DNA of 45,792 bases from Candidatus Uhrbacteria bacterium (GTDB lineage: Bacteria; Patescibacteriota; Patescibacteriia; UBA9934; GWF2-40-263): positions 1-45,792 of the forward strand of contig JAZDEQ010000067.1 in NCBI GenBank assembly GCA_043808565.1. The letters are read 5' to 3'. Positions 34,200 through 44,437 of this stretch are shown in pieces; positions within the stretch are counted from its first letter, which is position 1, and every line of letters starts with the position of its first letter. Below the pieces are notes generated by a model, which was not told the DNA's origin, did not search any database, and was given only the letters and a program-made list of their open reading frames with translations. Made by a program: the position numbers and the translations under genes.

Positions 34200-36341
34200 T
34201 TAGAGGTGAGAGCTTCTCAAAAAATTCGCCACCGCCTTAATTTCTCCATAACTCACACCGTCCCCCAATTCGGCTTTGACCGAGCCGATTCCTAAACCAT
34301 CGTGTCTTTCAACAGCCGCGGCAATACGCGAAATTTTTTCTGGCGCGACTAATTCGGTAATTTTTACTTGACCCGTCAAAATATAAAAAGCCAAATGGCT
34401 TTCAATTGTCGAAATTGCCAATTCGCGGAGTGTGGCAATTTCACCGATCGACTTGCCGCGACGAAAAAGATCTAAAGTGATAGTTTTGGTATCGTTTTCT
34501 TTTTCTTCTTTTAGCTTACGCTCGCGTTTAGGAATTTTTTCGGAAATCTTGGAAGCTAAATTTCTTGCCCGACAATAGTCGCTGACTGCATCAAGAAAAA
34601 CCGGACCATATTTAGCCAATTTGAATTCACCAAAACCGGAAATTTTTGCAATTTCTTGAAAATCCTGTGGTAAATAGGTAGCCAGCTCCAACAAAGTGGC
34701 GTCGGAAAAAATAATATACGGTGGAACGTTTTCTTTTTGAGCCAAACCAAAACGCAACGCCTTTAATTCATCAAACAAATCTTTTTCATAAGGCTTTTCC
34801 GAATCGCTAGACGCTTTTCGAGAAATAATTTTGGTTAAAAAAACCTTTTCCTCGCCACGCAAAACGGCTGGGCTTTTTTCTGTCAGATTTAAAATTGGAT
34901 ATTCATCGCCAACTTGTTTTAAAAAACCCAAACCAATTAAATTTTTAAAATAACCATACCAATCTTCTTTAGAAAATTCCGCACCAACCCCATAAGTTTT
35001 TAGAGCCTTATGCTCTTCACGAATTTTTTCCGATTTAGAACCGCGCAAAAAATCAACTGTATAAGTAAGACCAAATCGACCTTCCAATCTGGCCACGGCC
35101 GACAAAGCCTTTTGGGCAATAGCTGTGCCGTCGATTTTTTCATAATTAAAAAGACAAACATCACAACTTTCACAATTATCGGCCGCTGGCTCGCCAAAAT
35201 AATTCAAAATAGATTTACGACGACAAACCTGGTTTTCACAAAGACTAGCCATTTGCGAAAGTTTGTTCAACATGATTCGCGACTGTTCGGGGTTGCCTTC
35301 GATGGTGGCAAAACTTCTAAGTTTGGCTACATCACCAGCGCTGTAATATAAAATTGCCTCACTTTTTAAACCATCGCGTCCAGCTCGACCGGTTTCTTGA
35401 TAATAACTTTCAATATTTTTTGGCAAGTCGGCGTGAATCACAAAACGAACGTTTGATTTATTGATCCCCATACCAAAAGCAATGGTGGCGACAATAATTT
35501 TTACTTCATCACGAATAAAAAGATTTTGATTTTTCGTTCGCTCGTCAGTCTCAAGCCCGGCATGATACGGCCTAGCCGAAAAACCATCGTCAACCAACTT
35601 AGCCGCCAAATCTTCGGTTGATTGACGCGATAAAACGTAAATAATACCTGAGTCATTGCGGTGCCGATCAAGATAATCGACCAAGCGACTATAATAACCA
35701 CGCTTCGATTCAATAAAATAATGAATATTCGGTCGATTAAAACTGGAAATAAATTTTCCTGGTCCCTCGAGTTGAAGTTTTTCTAAAATATCTTTTCGAG
35801 TCAATTCATCGGCAGTAGCCGTAAGAGCAATAATCGGCACGTTGGGAAATTCTTTTTTCAACGATGACAACATTCGATATTCTGGTCGAAAATCATGACC
35901 CCAATGAGAAATGCAGTGAGCTTCGTCAATGGCAAAAAGTGAAACATTTAGTTCTTTTAAAAATGAAATGAATTGTTGTTCATTATTAAAAAGTCGCTCA
36001 GGAGCAATGTACAAAAGTTTCAGACGACCGTTCGTCAGGTCAGAATAAACAGCCGAATATTCCTCTGACGAAAGCGAGGAATTTAAATAAGCCGCTTTGA
36101 TGCCAGCGACTCGCAAGGCATCGACCTGGTCTTTCATTAAAGAAATTAGTGGTGAAATAACCACGGTCAAACCATTAAAAATCAGCGCCGGAATTTGATA
36201 ACAAAGCGACTTGCCACCCCCAGTGGGCATTAAAACAAAAGCGTCACGCCTTTGCAAAACCGTTTCAATAATTTCCGCTTGATTAAAGCGAAAATTTTCA
36301 TAACCAAATTTTTCTTGTAAAACTTCTAGTGGTGTTGGCAT
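34200..36341 (-). CDS. recQ: ATP-dependent DNA helicase RecQ
   Basis: 713 aa with FRFNQAEII, MPTGGGKSLCYQIPAL, DEAHCISHWGHDFRPEY, TATA, GMGINKSNVRFVIH, QETGRAGRDG, a Zn Cys cluster, and an HRDC-like region plus a C-terminal HTH. Confidence 0.93.
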   Translation of the reverse strand: MPTPLEVLQEKFGYENFRFNQAEIIETVLQRRDAFVLMPTGGGKSLCYQIPALIFNGLTVVISPLISLMKDQVDALRVAGIKAAYLNSSLSSEEYSAVYSDLTNGRLKLLYIAPERLFNNEQQFISFLKELNVSLFAIDEAHCISHWGHDFRPEYRMLSSLKKEFPNVPIIALTATADELTRKDILEKLQLEGPGKFISSFNRPNIHYFIESKRGYYSRLVDYLDRHRNDSGIIYVLSRQSTEDLAAKLVDDGFSARPYHAGLETDERTKNQNLFIRDEVKIIVATIAFGMGINKSNVRFVIHADLPKNIESYYQETGRAGRDGLKSEAILYYSAGDVAKLRSFATIEGNPEQSRIMLNKLSQMASLCENQVCRRKSILNYFGEPAADNCESCDVCLFNYEKIDGTAIAQKALSAVARLEGRFGLTYTVDFLRGSKSEKIREEHKALKTYGVGAEFSKEDWYGYFKNLIGLGFLKQVGDEYPILNLTEKSPAVLRGEEKVFLTKIISRKASSDSEKPYEKDLFDELKALRFGLAQKENVPPYIIFSDATLLELATYLPQDFQEIAKISGFGEFKLAKYGPVFLDAVSDYCRARNLASKISEKIPKRERKLKEEKENDTKTITLDLFRRGKSIGEIATLRELAISTIESHLAFYILTGQVKITELVAPEKISRIAAAVERHDGLGIGSVKAELGDGVSYGEIKAVANFLRSSHL

Positions 36342-36354
36342 AGGTTAGTTGTCT

Positions 36355-36625
36355 GAACTGGGATTAATGGGATTTAAGGATTTTTGGGATTTTTATTCTT
36401 GTCATTCTGAACCCTTGCCTGCCCGTCCGTAGCCCAGCGAAGGCGGGTGAAGAATCTCGCCTTGTGAAAATAATAAAGTACATGGCAGATTCCTCCGTGG
36501 CGTTCGGAATGACAAGGTTTTTTAATCCATATTTTTTGTGTTAAATCATTATACTTTAATTCTTCAATCGACATACAAAAATCCTGTTAATCCAAAAAAT
36601 CCTATAAATCCCAGTTTAGACAGTT
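36355..36625. mobile_element. Empty palindromic, MITE-like element of the hairpin family
   Basis: The outer arms are built of GGGATT/AATCC words (CTGGGATTAATGGGATTTAAGGATTTTTGGGATTTTT vs AAAAATCCTGTTAATCCAAAAAATCCTATAAATCCCAG). The inner arms are CTTGTCATTCTGAAC and GTTCGGAATGACAAG. Hairpin copy D lies at 36420..36448. The only ORF (36374..36574) reads through the repeats. Confidence 0.55.
36420..36448. repeat. Conserved hairpin repeat, copy D (TGCCCGTCCGTAGCCCAGCGAAGGCGGGT)
   Basis: It matches copies A and C best. Confidence 0.7.
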
Positions 36626-36851
36626 AACAAAAACAACTCCCTTAATTCGGAAATTCCAAATTTCAAGCACCAAATATCAAATATTGATATTTCCATTTTT
36701 TGGAATTTGGTATTTGTAAATTGGAATTTCCAACCTCGTGGGGGAGCCGCTTTGTTGGAACCGGATTTTGAATCCCGTAACAGAATCCACAACCATGTGA
36801 TTACACCTTAGCAAATTTTTTTATTTTGTCAATGGTCAAAATGTGGAAAAA

Positions 36852-37610
36852 CTAAATTTTCGGCTCAGGCAAAGCATTCCACAATGCCCCAAAAGCGGCC
36901 CGATGCATATCGCTGATTTGTTTGCTTTCAATAATCACGCCCATAAAATTTTCCGTGTAAGAAAGCATCGCCACTTTGTTGCCATAAATATCCATGACCG
37001 ACTGAAATTTATTTTTAGAATCTTCTAAAAATTTAACTCGCCGAAGATCGCGAACGCGATTTTTATGGGCATCAATTGACTCTGATCCGCGTGGCGCCAG
37101 CATTTTTAAACTTATTTTATTTTGCCGGCGTAATTCCCAATATTCTTCAGCAAATTCTCGGGTAAAAAATTTATAAACATCTTTGGTGCCAATAATTTCT
37201 AAAATTTCATCACCGGGTTGCGAACTTTTTATCGTGTCAAGAAAAATAGTTTTTAAGCCCTCGAAACCTTCGTAATAAGTAATTTTTGGTTTAAACGGAA
37301 GAATATTGTGAACGGCTTGGAGCTCGGGTAACATCTTACTCAATCGTTTCTCCTTGTTTTGTAAATTGGTCTGGAGATCTCGAACGTCTTCAATAAAATA
37401 AACTCGCCGTTTTTTCTTTAAAGCGGTTTGAATAAAACCGTTTTTAACCATGTTGGGCAAAAGATTGTAAACTGTGGTTCTTTTAACCTCGGCTTTTTTA
37501 GCAATTTCAATAATCGAAGCCTCACCTAAAGCCAATAAAGCGACATAAATTTCCGCTTCTTTATCTGATAAACCAACGATTTCCGCCAAGTGAGAAATAA
37601 TTTTATCCAT
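36852..37610 (-). CDS. TrmB-family transcriptional regulator
   Basis: The start is taken at the ATG (MDKIISHL) preceded by GGGAGA; the track starts 12 nt upstream at a TTG. The N-terminal HTH is LSDKEAEIYVALLALGEASIIEIAKKAEVKRTTVYNLL. Confidence 0.75.
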   Translation of the reverse strand: MDKIISHLAEIVGLSDKEAEIYVALLALGEASIIEIAKKAEVKRTTVYNLLPNMVKNGFIQTALKKKRRVYFIEDVRDLQTNLQNKEKRLSKMLPELQAVHNILPFKPKITYYEGFEGLKTIFLDTIKSSQPGDEILEIIGTKDVYKFFTREFAEEYWELRRQNKISLKMLAPRGSESIDAHKNRVRDLRRVKFLEDSKNKFQSVMDIYGNKVAMLSYTENFMGVIIESKQISDMHRAAFGALWNALPEPKI

Positions 37611-37781
37611 ATTGTCTCCCAAAAAATAGACATTATTTATAGTAAAAATATAGCTTATTTATTGAATAAAATCAATATGCCTTTCAAAAAAGACTGAAAA
37701 AAGGACAAAAGATGGAAAGAAAGCATAAAATGGTTGGGGTCACAGAAGTCACGATCGCCGTTATTATGATACCTAATCCAT

Positions 37782-39497
37782 ATGTCCAAAACACCAAATT
37801 ACGACGCTAAAATTAAAACCTTGATCAATAACACTTCCCCGAACGAAAAAATCTGTCCGCTAACCGGAGAAAAGTGGCAAATGACCGAAAAGGAAATTGC
37901 CCTTTTTAAAGATTTTAACGTGCCACCGCTTAAAAGCTCACCGGAAACTTTTATTAAAAAAATACTGCCTCTTTTTACCGCTTATTCTTGGTGGTGGAAT
38001 AAACATGCTGAAACCGGAAAACCCCTACTAACTTATATCCACCCCCACACGCAATTCAAAATTATCTCTGACGAAGAGTGGCACACCAAAGATTTTTCCA
38101 CCATTAATCAAGAGCTGTTTCCTGAACATTCGTTTTTTAATCAACTTTTTAATCTGGCTACCAAGGTTCCACTAAGCACTTATAAAAATGTCGAGCGGCC
38201 GGTAAATTCTATTGCTCGAATTAGTCTTGGTGACGAGGATAGTTATTTTGTTGAAGGCACCAAATCCAAAAGATGTTTTTACTGCACCGATTCCTTTAAT
38301 ATTGAAGATTCATCCGAAGTTTGCTGGAGTAGTCAAGTAAACAATTCCTACGACGTTCTTCGCTCACACAATATCAGTAACTGTCGCGTTGTCCGCGAAA
38401 GTCGCGCGTGTCTGAATTGTTTCTTTATTTTTGATTGCCGAAATTGTCAGGACTGTTTCATGTCGTGGAATCAAAGAAATAAAAAATATCTTTGGAACAA
38501 CGAACAACTAACGGCCGAGGAATGGCATCGGCAAATAAAAAAAATTGATTTTGGTGATTTTGATATTTTTGACAAATATTACCTAGAATTTTTTAGCAAA
38601 ATCAATTCAGAAATCGTCTGGCCAGAAAATTTTAATGATAAATGCCAAAATAGTACTGGTGAATACCTGCAAAATAGCTTGAATTGTGAACGTGGTTGGT
38701 ATTGTGATGGGGCTAAAAATAGTTACTATGGCCTTTGGGATAATTTTGGTAGTGAAAATAATGCTCTTGGCATTCATCCTGGTAGCAGCCATTGCTACGG
38801 CAATGCCGCGGCTTTCAATTGTCAAAATTGTCTATTCAATTATTTTGCTATTCGTTGTCAAAATTGCGAATACTGCATTGAATGTTATGATTGCGAGAAT
38901 TGTTTTGGTTGTGTTGGCCTTAAACGAAAAAAATTCTGTATTTTAAACAAACAATATTCTGAAGATGAATATTGGAAAATTCTCGATAATCTTAAATGTG
39001 CCATGCTTGACCGAGGTGAGTATGGCGAACCAACGCCTTTAAAGTTTATTTTAACCCCGCTTTCTTCTTCATCTTTTGGTTTAGGTTTTGCTCAAGCAGA
39101 AAAACAAATGGCTGGCCTTGATTTTGAACCATCGCTCAACGGTGCTTATGGCGATTGGTCTGAAAAAACTTTTTACAACTCTAACGATCTTCCTAAAAAA
39201 ATCGATAATGTTGAAGAAGAATGGATTGGTCGAGCTTTAATATCTACTGACTACCAACGCCCATTTACCATATTAAAACCCGAGCTGGCTTTCTATAAAA
39301 AAATGCGTCTGCCTGTTCGTCGTGAGCATTTCATTAAAAGAATCGAGGAAATGTGGAAGACCTTAAATAAATTCGAGCAAGAAGAAAAAATATGTTTACG
39401 GTGTCAAAAAAATATGACCGTGGCCAAAAACACCGCCTATCCCAACCGCAAAATTTTCTGTCACGGATGTTATCTCAAATATTTGGAAAATCGATGA
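37782..39497 (+). CDS. Cysteine-rich hypothetical protein with many CxxC-type repeats
   Basis: 571 aa with a dense run CRNCQDCF.., NCQNCLFNYFAIRCQNCEYCIECYDCENCFGCVG, and terminal CxxC pairs (CLRCQ..CHGC). Confidence 0.6.
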   Translation: MSKTPNYDAKIKTLINNTSPNEKICPLTGEKWQMTEKEIALFKDFNVPPLKSSPETFIKKILPLFTAYSWWWNKHAETGKPLLTYIHPHTQFKIISDEEWHTKDFSTINQELFPEHSFFNQLFNLATKVPLSTYKNVERPVNSIARISLGDEDSYFVEGTKSKRCFYCTDSFNIEDSSEVCWSSQVNNSYDVLRSHNISNCRVVRESRACLNCFFIFDCRNCQDCFMSWNQRNKKYLWNNEQLTAEEWHRQIKKIDFGDFDIFDKYYLEFFSKINSEIVWPENFNDKCQNSTGEYLQNSLNCERGWYCDGAKNSYYGLWDNFGSENNALGIHPGSSHCYGNAAAFNCQNCLFNYFAIRCQNCEYCIECYDCENCFGCVGLKRKKFCILNKQYSEDEYWKILDNLKCAMLDRGEYGEPTPLKFILTPLSSSSFGLGFAQAEKQMAGLDFEPSLNGAYGDWSEKTFYNSNDLPKKIDNVEEEWIGRALISTDYQRPFTILKPELAFYKKMRLPVRREHFIKRIEEMWKTLNKFEQEEKICLRCQKNMTVAKNTAYPNRKIFCHGCYLKYLENR

Positions 39498-39498
39498 C

Positions 39499-39531
39499 AA
39501 AAAAAATCCGCAATTAACTCGCGGATTTTTT
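39499..39531. terminator. Bidirectional terminator hairpin, copy 1 of an identical pair
   Basis: AAAAAAAATCCGCAATTAACTCGCGGATTTTTT lies between convergent genes. The same ~31-nt sequence recurs at 40494..40525. Confidence 0.7.
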
Positions 39532-39532
39532 A

Positions 39533-40441
39533 TTAAACAATCTCTTTTAATAATTCCATTTGAAGCAAAACCATATCTTCCCAACCATATTCAACGTACC
39601 AATTAATATATTCAAGAACATTAATAAGGTAATAAATTTTCTCTCGATTTATTTCGACATCCGATAAATTCACGGCTTCGTAATATGCCTGCAAAGTGTT
39701 TTCATCCATTCGGTTTCTAATATTCATTCGGAATCGACCTAAATCAAATAACGGATCGCCAAATTTTGCATCGCTCCAGTCAATAATTCCCTCCAAATGT
39801 CCGTCTTTAACAAAAATATTGGCGCCGTTAATATCTGTATGAATTAAACGCAATTCAATGTCGTCCGATAGGACTAAAACTTTTTCTTTAGCTTGTTTAA
39901 GAGCCCTTTCTACAAGTTCTGGATTTACATTTTTAAAACTAAAAACTTTTTTCCAATCAAATTCTAGATTTTCACCAGTTAAATTTCTCAAAAGATAATC
40001 TTTCCACGAACTTTCTTTCCCGCCGATAACGTCTAAAATATATCCTGCCCTGCCTGGCGATTTAACTGAATGAACTTTATTAAATTCCTCTAAAATTTCT
40101 TTTATATAACCCGGTCTTTCTGCGACTGCGATATCTTTAAAAAGTTCCCCCGAAAAACAAGTCATTACAATTAATGGATACACCCGACCGCCTTGCTGCA
40201 ATTTTGTTTCGCCTAAAAGATGCGGAACTTTTATATTTCGTCCTTCTAATTTTCTAAGAACAAAAGCATCTGCGTCGGCATTCGGCCCAACCTTAATCAC
40301 AAGGCTTGCTCCAGATTCTGTTTTTACCTTACACACAACACTATCGACTCCATCTACAACAAACTCGAAATCAATAAAATTCTCCTTCAGCAAGTCGGCT
40401 GCGGTTTTCAAAATTTTAGAATGATTAAGAATGGGTTTCAT
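39533..40441 (-). CDS. Aminoglycoside/choline-kinase-type phosphotransferase (APH family)
   Basis: 302 aa with LIHTDINGANIFV (the HxDxxxxN catalytic loop) and IIDWSDAKFGDPLFDLG. Confidence 0.75.
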   Translation of the reverse strand: MKPILNHSKILKTAADLLKENFIDFEFVVDGVDSVVCKVKTESGASLVIKVGPNADADAFVLRKLEGRNIKVPHLLGETKLQQGGRVYPLIVMTCFSGELFKDIAVAERPGYIKEILEEFNKVHSVKSPGRAGYILDVIGGKESSWKDYLLRNLTGENLEFDWKKVFSFKNVNPELVERALKQAKEKVLVLSDDIELRLIHTDINGANIFVKDGHLEGIIDWSDAKFGDPLFDLGRFRMNIRNRMDENTLQAYYEAVNLSDVEINREKIYYLINVLEYINWYVEYGWEDMVLLQMELLKEIV

Positions 40442-40493
40442 AAATATTTATTTCCTTAATAACTCTATCACACTCCTTCATAAAAAATAAATT

Positions 40494-40525
40494 AAAAAAT
40501 CCGCAATTAACTCGCGGATTTTTTT
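40494..40525 (-). terminator. Terminator after the 5S rRNA, copy 2 of the identical hairpin
   Basis: On the - strand, AAATCCGCGAGTTAATTGCGGATTT is followed by T6, directly downstream of the 5S gene. Confidence 0.7.
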
Positions 40526-40545
40526 CAAATCAAAAAGTCCCACAG

Positions 40546-40655
40546 TTCTGGCGTCGACCTACTCTCGCCCAAACGGACTACCATCGGCCCAGGAGGTCTT
40601 AACGGCTGTGTTCGGGATGGGAACAGGTGTTACCCCTCCGGAAATGACACCAGAA
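40546..40655 (-). rRNA. rrf: 5S rRNA
   Basis: The reverse complement reads TTCTGGTGTC..CCCATCCCGAACACAGCCGTTAAG..GGCCGATGGTAGT..GCGAGAGTAGGTCGACGCCAGAA, matching conserved 5S blocks. It is flanked by a 9-bp processing stem (GTCCCACAG/CTGTGGGAC). Confidence 0.9.
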
Positions 40656-41104
40656 CTGTGGGACTTTTCAAATTTTTTTCAAACTTGAAGATCAAGAGAA
40701 TTTATCGAGAATATCAAATGACAAATTTTGAAATGACCAATGGTGGATTTTATATCTTAAAAATATTTTTCCATCATTAGACATTTGTCATTGAACAATT
40801 TGACATTCCCACCAGATCGCTGCTTACAGTGATCGTAGAGCTCGACTTATTAGTACCGCTCCGCTACACGCATTACTGCGCTTCCACGTACGGCCTATCA
40901 ACCTGCTAGTCTCGCAGGAGTCTATTAATGAAGGCTAATCTTAAGGTCGGCTTCACGCTTAGATGCTTTCAGCGTTTATCCGAACCGAACGTAGCTACCC
41001 GGCACTACTCTTGGCAGAATAACCGGTACACTAGAGGTTCGTCCATCTCGGTCCTCTCGTACTAGAGATGAATCCTTGCAACCTTCGGCGCCCATGGTAG
41101 ATAG

Positions 41105-41156
<52 letters not shown>

Positions 41157-41763
41157 TGGCGAACAGCCAAACCCTTGGAACCTTCTCCAGCTCCAGGATG
41201 CGACGGGCCGACATCGAGGTGCCAAACCCCCCCGTCGATGTGGACTCTTGGGGGGGATCAGCCTGTTATCCCCGGAGTAGCTTTTATCCGTTGAGCTTCC
41301 GCCGTCCTATTTCGTACGGTCGGATCACTAACTTCCGCTTTCGCGACTGCGCGACTTGTCTGTCTTGCAGTAAAGCAGGCTTATGCGTTTGCACGTCCAG
41401 CGCGATTTCCATCCGCGCTAAGCCTACCTTTGTAAACGCCTCCGTTACTTTTTGGGAGGCACCCGCCCCAGGTAAACTACCCACCAGCTACTGTCCCAAC
41501 CACCGGATAACGGTGATCGGTTAGAATTCACGTGACGCAAGGGTGGTGTCTCATTGGCGCCTTGCGGCTCCCACCTACTCTGAACATGCGAAACATGAAC
41601 CCAATAACAAGTTGTAGTAAAGCTTCACGGGGTCTTTTCGTCTAACCACGGGTAATGAGCATCTTCACTCATCTTGCAATTTCACCGAGTCCCTTGTTGA
41701 GACAGTCATCAACTCGTTATGCCATTCGTGCAGGACGGAACTTACCCGTCAAGGAATTTCGCT

Positions 41764-42512
41764 CTTTTTTTGTTACCGCCTTTTGGCGAGTGCAAACATT
41801 TCTGTTGCACTCTGTATGTCGCCATACAGATCGGACTATATCTTTCGTGAACCATTACGGTTCACGATCCGGCGTGTAGTCTCTGAGGATTTCAGAAATC
41901 GCGATGGAACCTTTCGGTTCATGCTTTGGATAATTTTTGCGATTTTTTTAAGACCTTGAAAATTTTTATGAATTTCTTGATCCATTAGAACAAGAATTTT
42001 CTTAAATTTTTTTAAGTCTTCTTTTTTTGCTGTTCTTAAAGGATTTCTTACAAAGAAAGGAATTATCTTTTCTTTTAAATCTTTTCTGGAACGAACGCAA
42101 AACCGCAAAAGGTTTTCTTTGTGATTATCATGACGGCGATTTAAATATATCTCACCGCATTGAAAATATTTTTTAATTATTTCCAAAGCTGATCGACTTT
42201 TTTCGCCCTGGGTCACAACAAACTCAGGAAAAACCTGCCAACCACAAGAGGTGGTTGAGTTACGAATTAATGAAACAGAGAAGCAGCCCTCTCCGTCAAC
42301 AAATCCGCAAATCCAATTATCAATTCCTGACCTTTCCTGCTGATTGTCTGCATTTGAAACTTTTTTACTTGGCATAACTATGTACGTATTATACCTTAGT
42401 AGTTCAAAATTCACCAGATGTTCCAGCATTTAGCCAGATTTTTTCTCTACATCTTCATGGCACACGAAGTTCGAGAAGAGGGCTTTCACCTCACTAAGGC
42501 AGCTTTTATCCT
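41764..42512 (-). mobile_element. Group I intron in the 23S rRNA (between ..CCUAAGGU and AGCGAAAUUCC..)
   Basis: The conserved exon sequence CCTAAGGTAGCGAAATTCC is split by 749 nt. The 5' exon ends in U and the insert ends in G (..CAAAAAAAG), as group I splicing requires. It contains a LAGLIDADG ORF. Confidence 0.8.
41836..42429 (-). CDS. LAGLIDADG homing endonuclease (single-motif type)
   Basis: 197 aa with NWICGFVDGEGCFSV (the LAGLIDADG motif). It lies entirely within the rRNA insertion and has AT-rich codon usage. Confidence 0.85.
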   Translation of the reverse strand: MLEHLVNFELLRYNTYIVMPSKKVSNADNQQERSGIDNWICGFVDGEGCFSVSLIRNSTTSCGWQVFPEFVVTQGEKSRSALEIIKKYFQCGEIYLNRRHDNHKENLLRFCVRSRKDLKEKIIPFFVRNPLRTAKKEDLKKFKKILVLMDQEIHKNFQGLKKIAKIIQSMNRKVPSRFLKSSETTRRIVNRNGSRKI

Positions 42513-43399
42513 ACCTTAGGACGATTATAGTTATCGCCGGCGTTCATCAGCGCTTCAGTTGGAGGCTGCCCCCCGCACCTTTACCACCAGCAATCCGTCG
42601 TCTAGTGACGGACTGATGAAAAAGGTGCGGGGATGACCCCCTCCCTTAACGTTCTGACACTGGCCAGGCATCAGCCCCTATACATCAGCTTGCGCTTTAG
42701 CAGGGACCTGTGTTTTTGATAAACAGTCGGTTGATGTCTTTCGCTGCGGGTCGCCCCCTCCCGGGGGCAACCAGGCCTTATTCCAAAGTTACGGCCACTG
42801 TTTTGCCGAGTTCCTTAACAAAGGGTTCTCTCGTACGCCTTGGCACATTCGCGTGCCCACCCACCTGTGTCGGTTTCCGGTACGGGTCCATTTTACCTAA
42901 CCTTAGAGGTTTTTCTAGGTTCTCTTTCTCTTCCCCTTGCTCACCTTGCGGCAAGCTTGCGATCACGTTCGAATTTAACGGCTGGCGGATTTGCCTACCA
43001 ACCATTCCAACGCGCCCAACGTCATAGCCATAGGACGCGGGAAGATACGGAAAACGTCACCCCTTCGAAATAAAACGGAGTGCAGGAATATTAACCTGCT
43101 GTGCATCGACTACGCCTTTCGGCCTCATCTTAGCTCCCGACTAACCCTAGGACGATTCTCGTTGCCCAGGAAACCTCGGGTTTACGGCGGACAGGATTCT
43201 CACCTGTCTTTGTGCTACTTATGCCAACATTCTCTCTTCGCAACGCTCCACCATGCCTCACGACACGACTTCAGCGCAGATGCGAATGCTCCCCTACCGC
43301 TTAATCTTGCGATTAAACCCTCAACTTCGGTACATCATTTAGCCCCGGTACATTTTCGGCGCGGAAAGGCTTGACCAGTGAGCTGTTACGCTATCTTTA

Positions 43400-43436
<37 letters not shown>

Positions 43437-44051
43437 GAGCCTCTCTACCACCTTTTACACTTAATGATGATTTAGGGACCTTAGTTTGAGATCTGGACTG
43501 TTTTCCTTTTGACGTATGGAGCTTAGCCCCCATCGTCTGACTGCCGGGAACACTTATTGGTATTCGGAGTTTGGTTAGGAGTTCTATCTTGCGACGAACG
43601 TCCCATTCAGTGCTCTACCCCCAATGTGTTATTTACCGACGCTAGCCCAAAAGCTATCTCGGGGAGAACCAGCTATTACCGAGTTCGATTGGAATTTCTC
43701 CGCTAACCACAGCTCATCTCCACGTGTTGTACGGCGTGTGAGTTCGGGCCTCCACGAACTGTTACATTCGCTTCACCCTGGCCATGGTTAGGTCACCCGG
43801 TTTCGGGTCGTATATGTGCTACCTTCTGACTATGTTCAAGGCGGGAGAATTACTTCTCCGGCTTGAACAAAGTCAGATAACGCGCTTGAACGCTCGCTTT
43901 CACTCCGGCTCCGCCCCATAGGGCTTAACCAAGCAACACATAGTACACTCGTTGGCTCATTCTTCAATAGGAACGCTATCACCCCAGAGATTACTCTCGA
44001 GGCTCTAACTCCTTGTAAGCATACGGTTTCAGATACTATTTCATTCCCCTT

Positions 44052-44084
<33 letters not shown>

Positions 44085-44437
44085 GGTGCACTATCGATCA
44101 GAACACGTATTTAGTCTTGCCACATAGTCGCGGCAGGTTCCCACAAGATTTCACGGGTCTCGTGGTACTCAAGAGCGCTTAAAACCTTAACTAAAAATAT
44201 TTTACGTACAGGACTATCACCTTCTATGGTTCCACTTTCCAGTGGATTTCATTATATTTAAAGTTAAAGTCGATTTTCGGCAGAAAATCACTTAAACGCC
44301 TTACAACACCCTACTAACAACGGCTGCCACCTTTCATTTTGCTTCATCAAGTAAACTTGATTCCGCAAAACTTCATCAATAAGGTTTGGACTGTTCCCTT
44401 TTCGTTCGCCACTACTAAGGGAATGGACTCGCTGATA

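Noticed and set aside
36374-36574. A 66-aa ORF inside the 36355..36625 palindromic element
   Set aside because: It reads straight through the conserved hairpin (..LRWATDGQAR..) and the inverted arms. It has no RBS and is probably a translation artefact of the repeat.
36725-36800. A tRNA-like stretch (GGGGGAGCCGC..CCGGATTTTGAATCCCG..)
   Set aside because: It cannot be folded into a cloverleaf. It has no T-loop (GTTCRANYC) and no matching acceptor stem.
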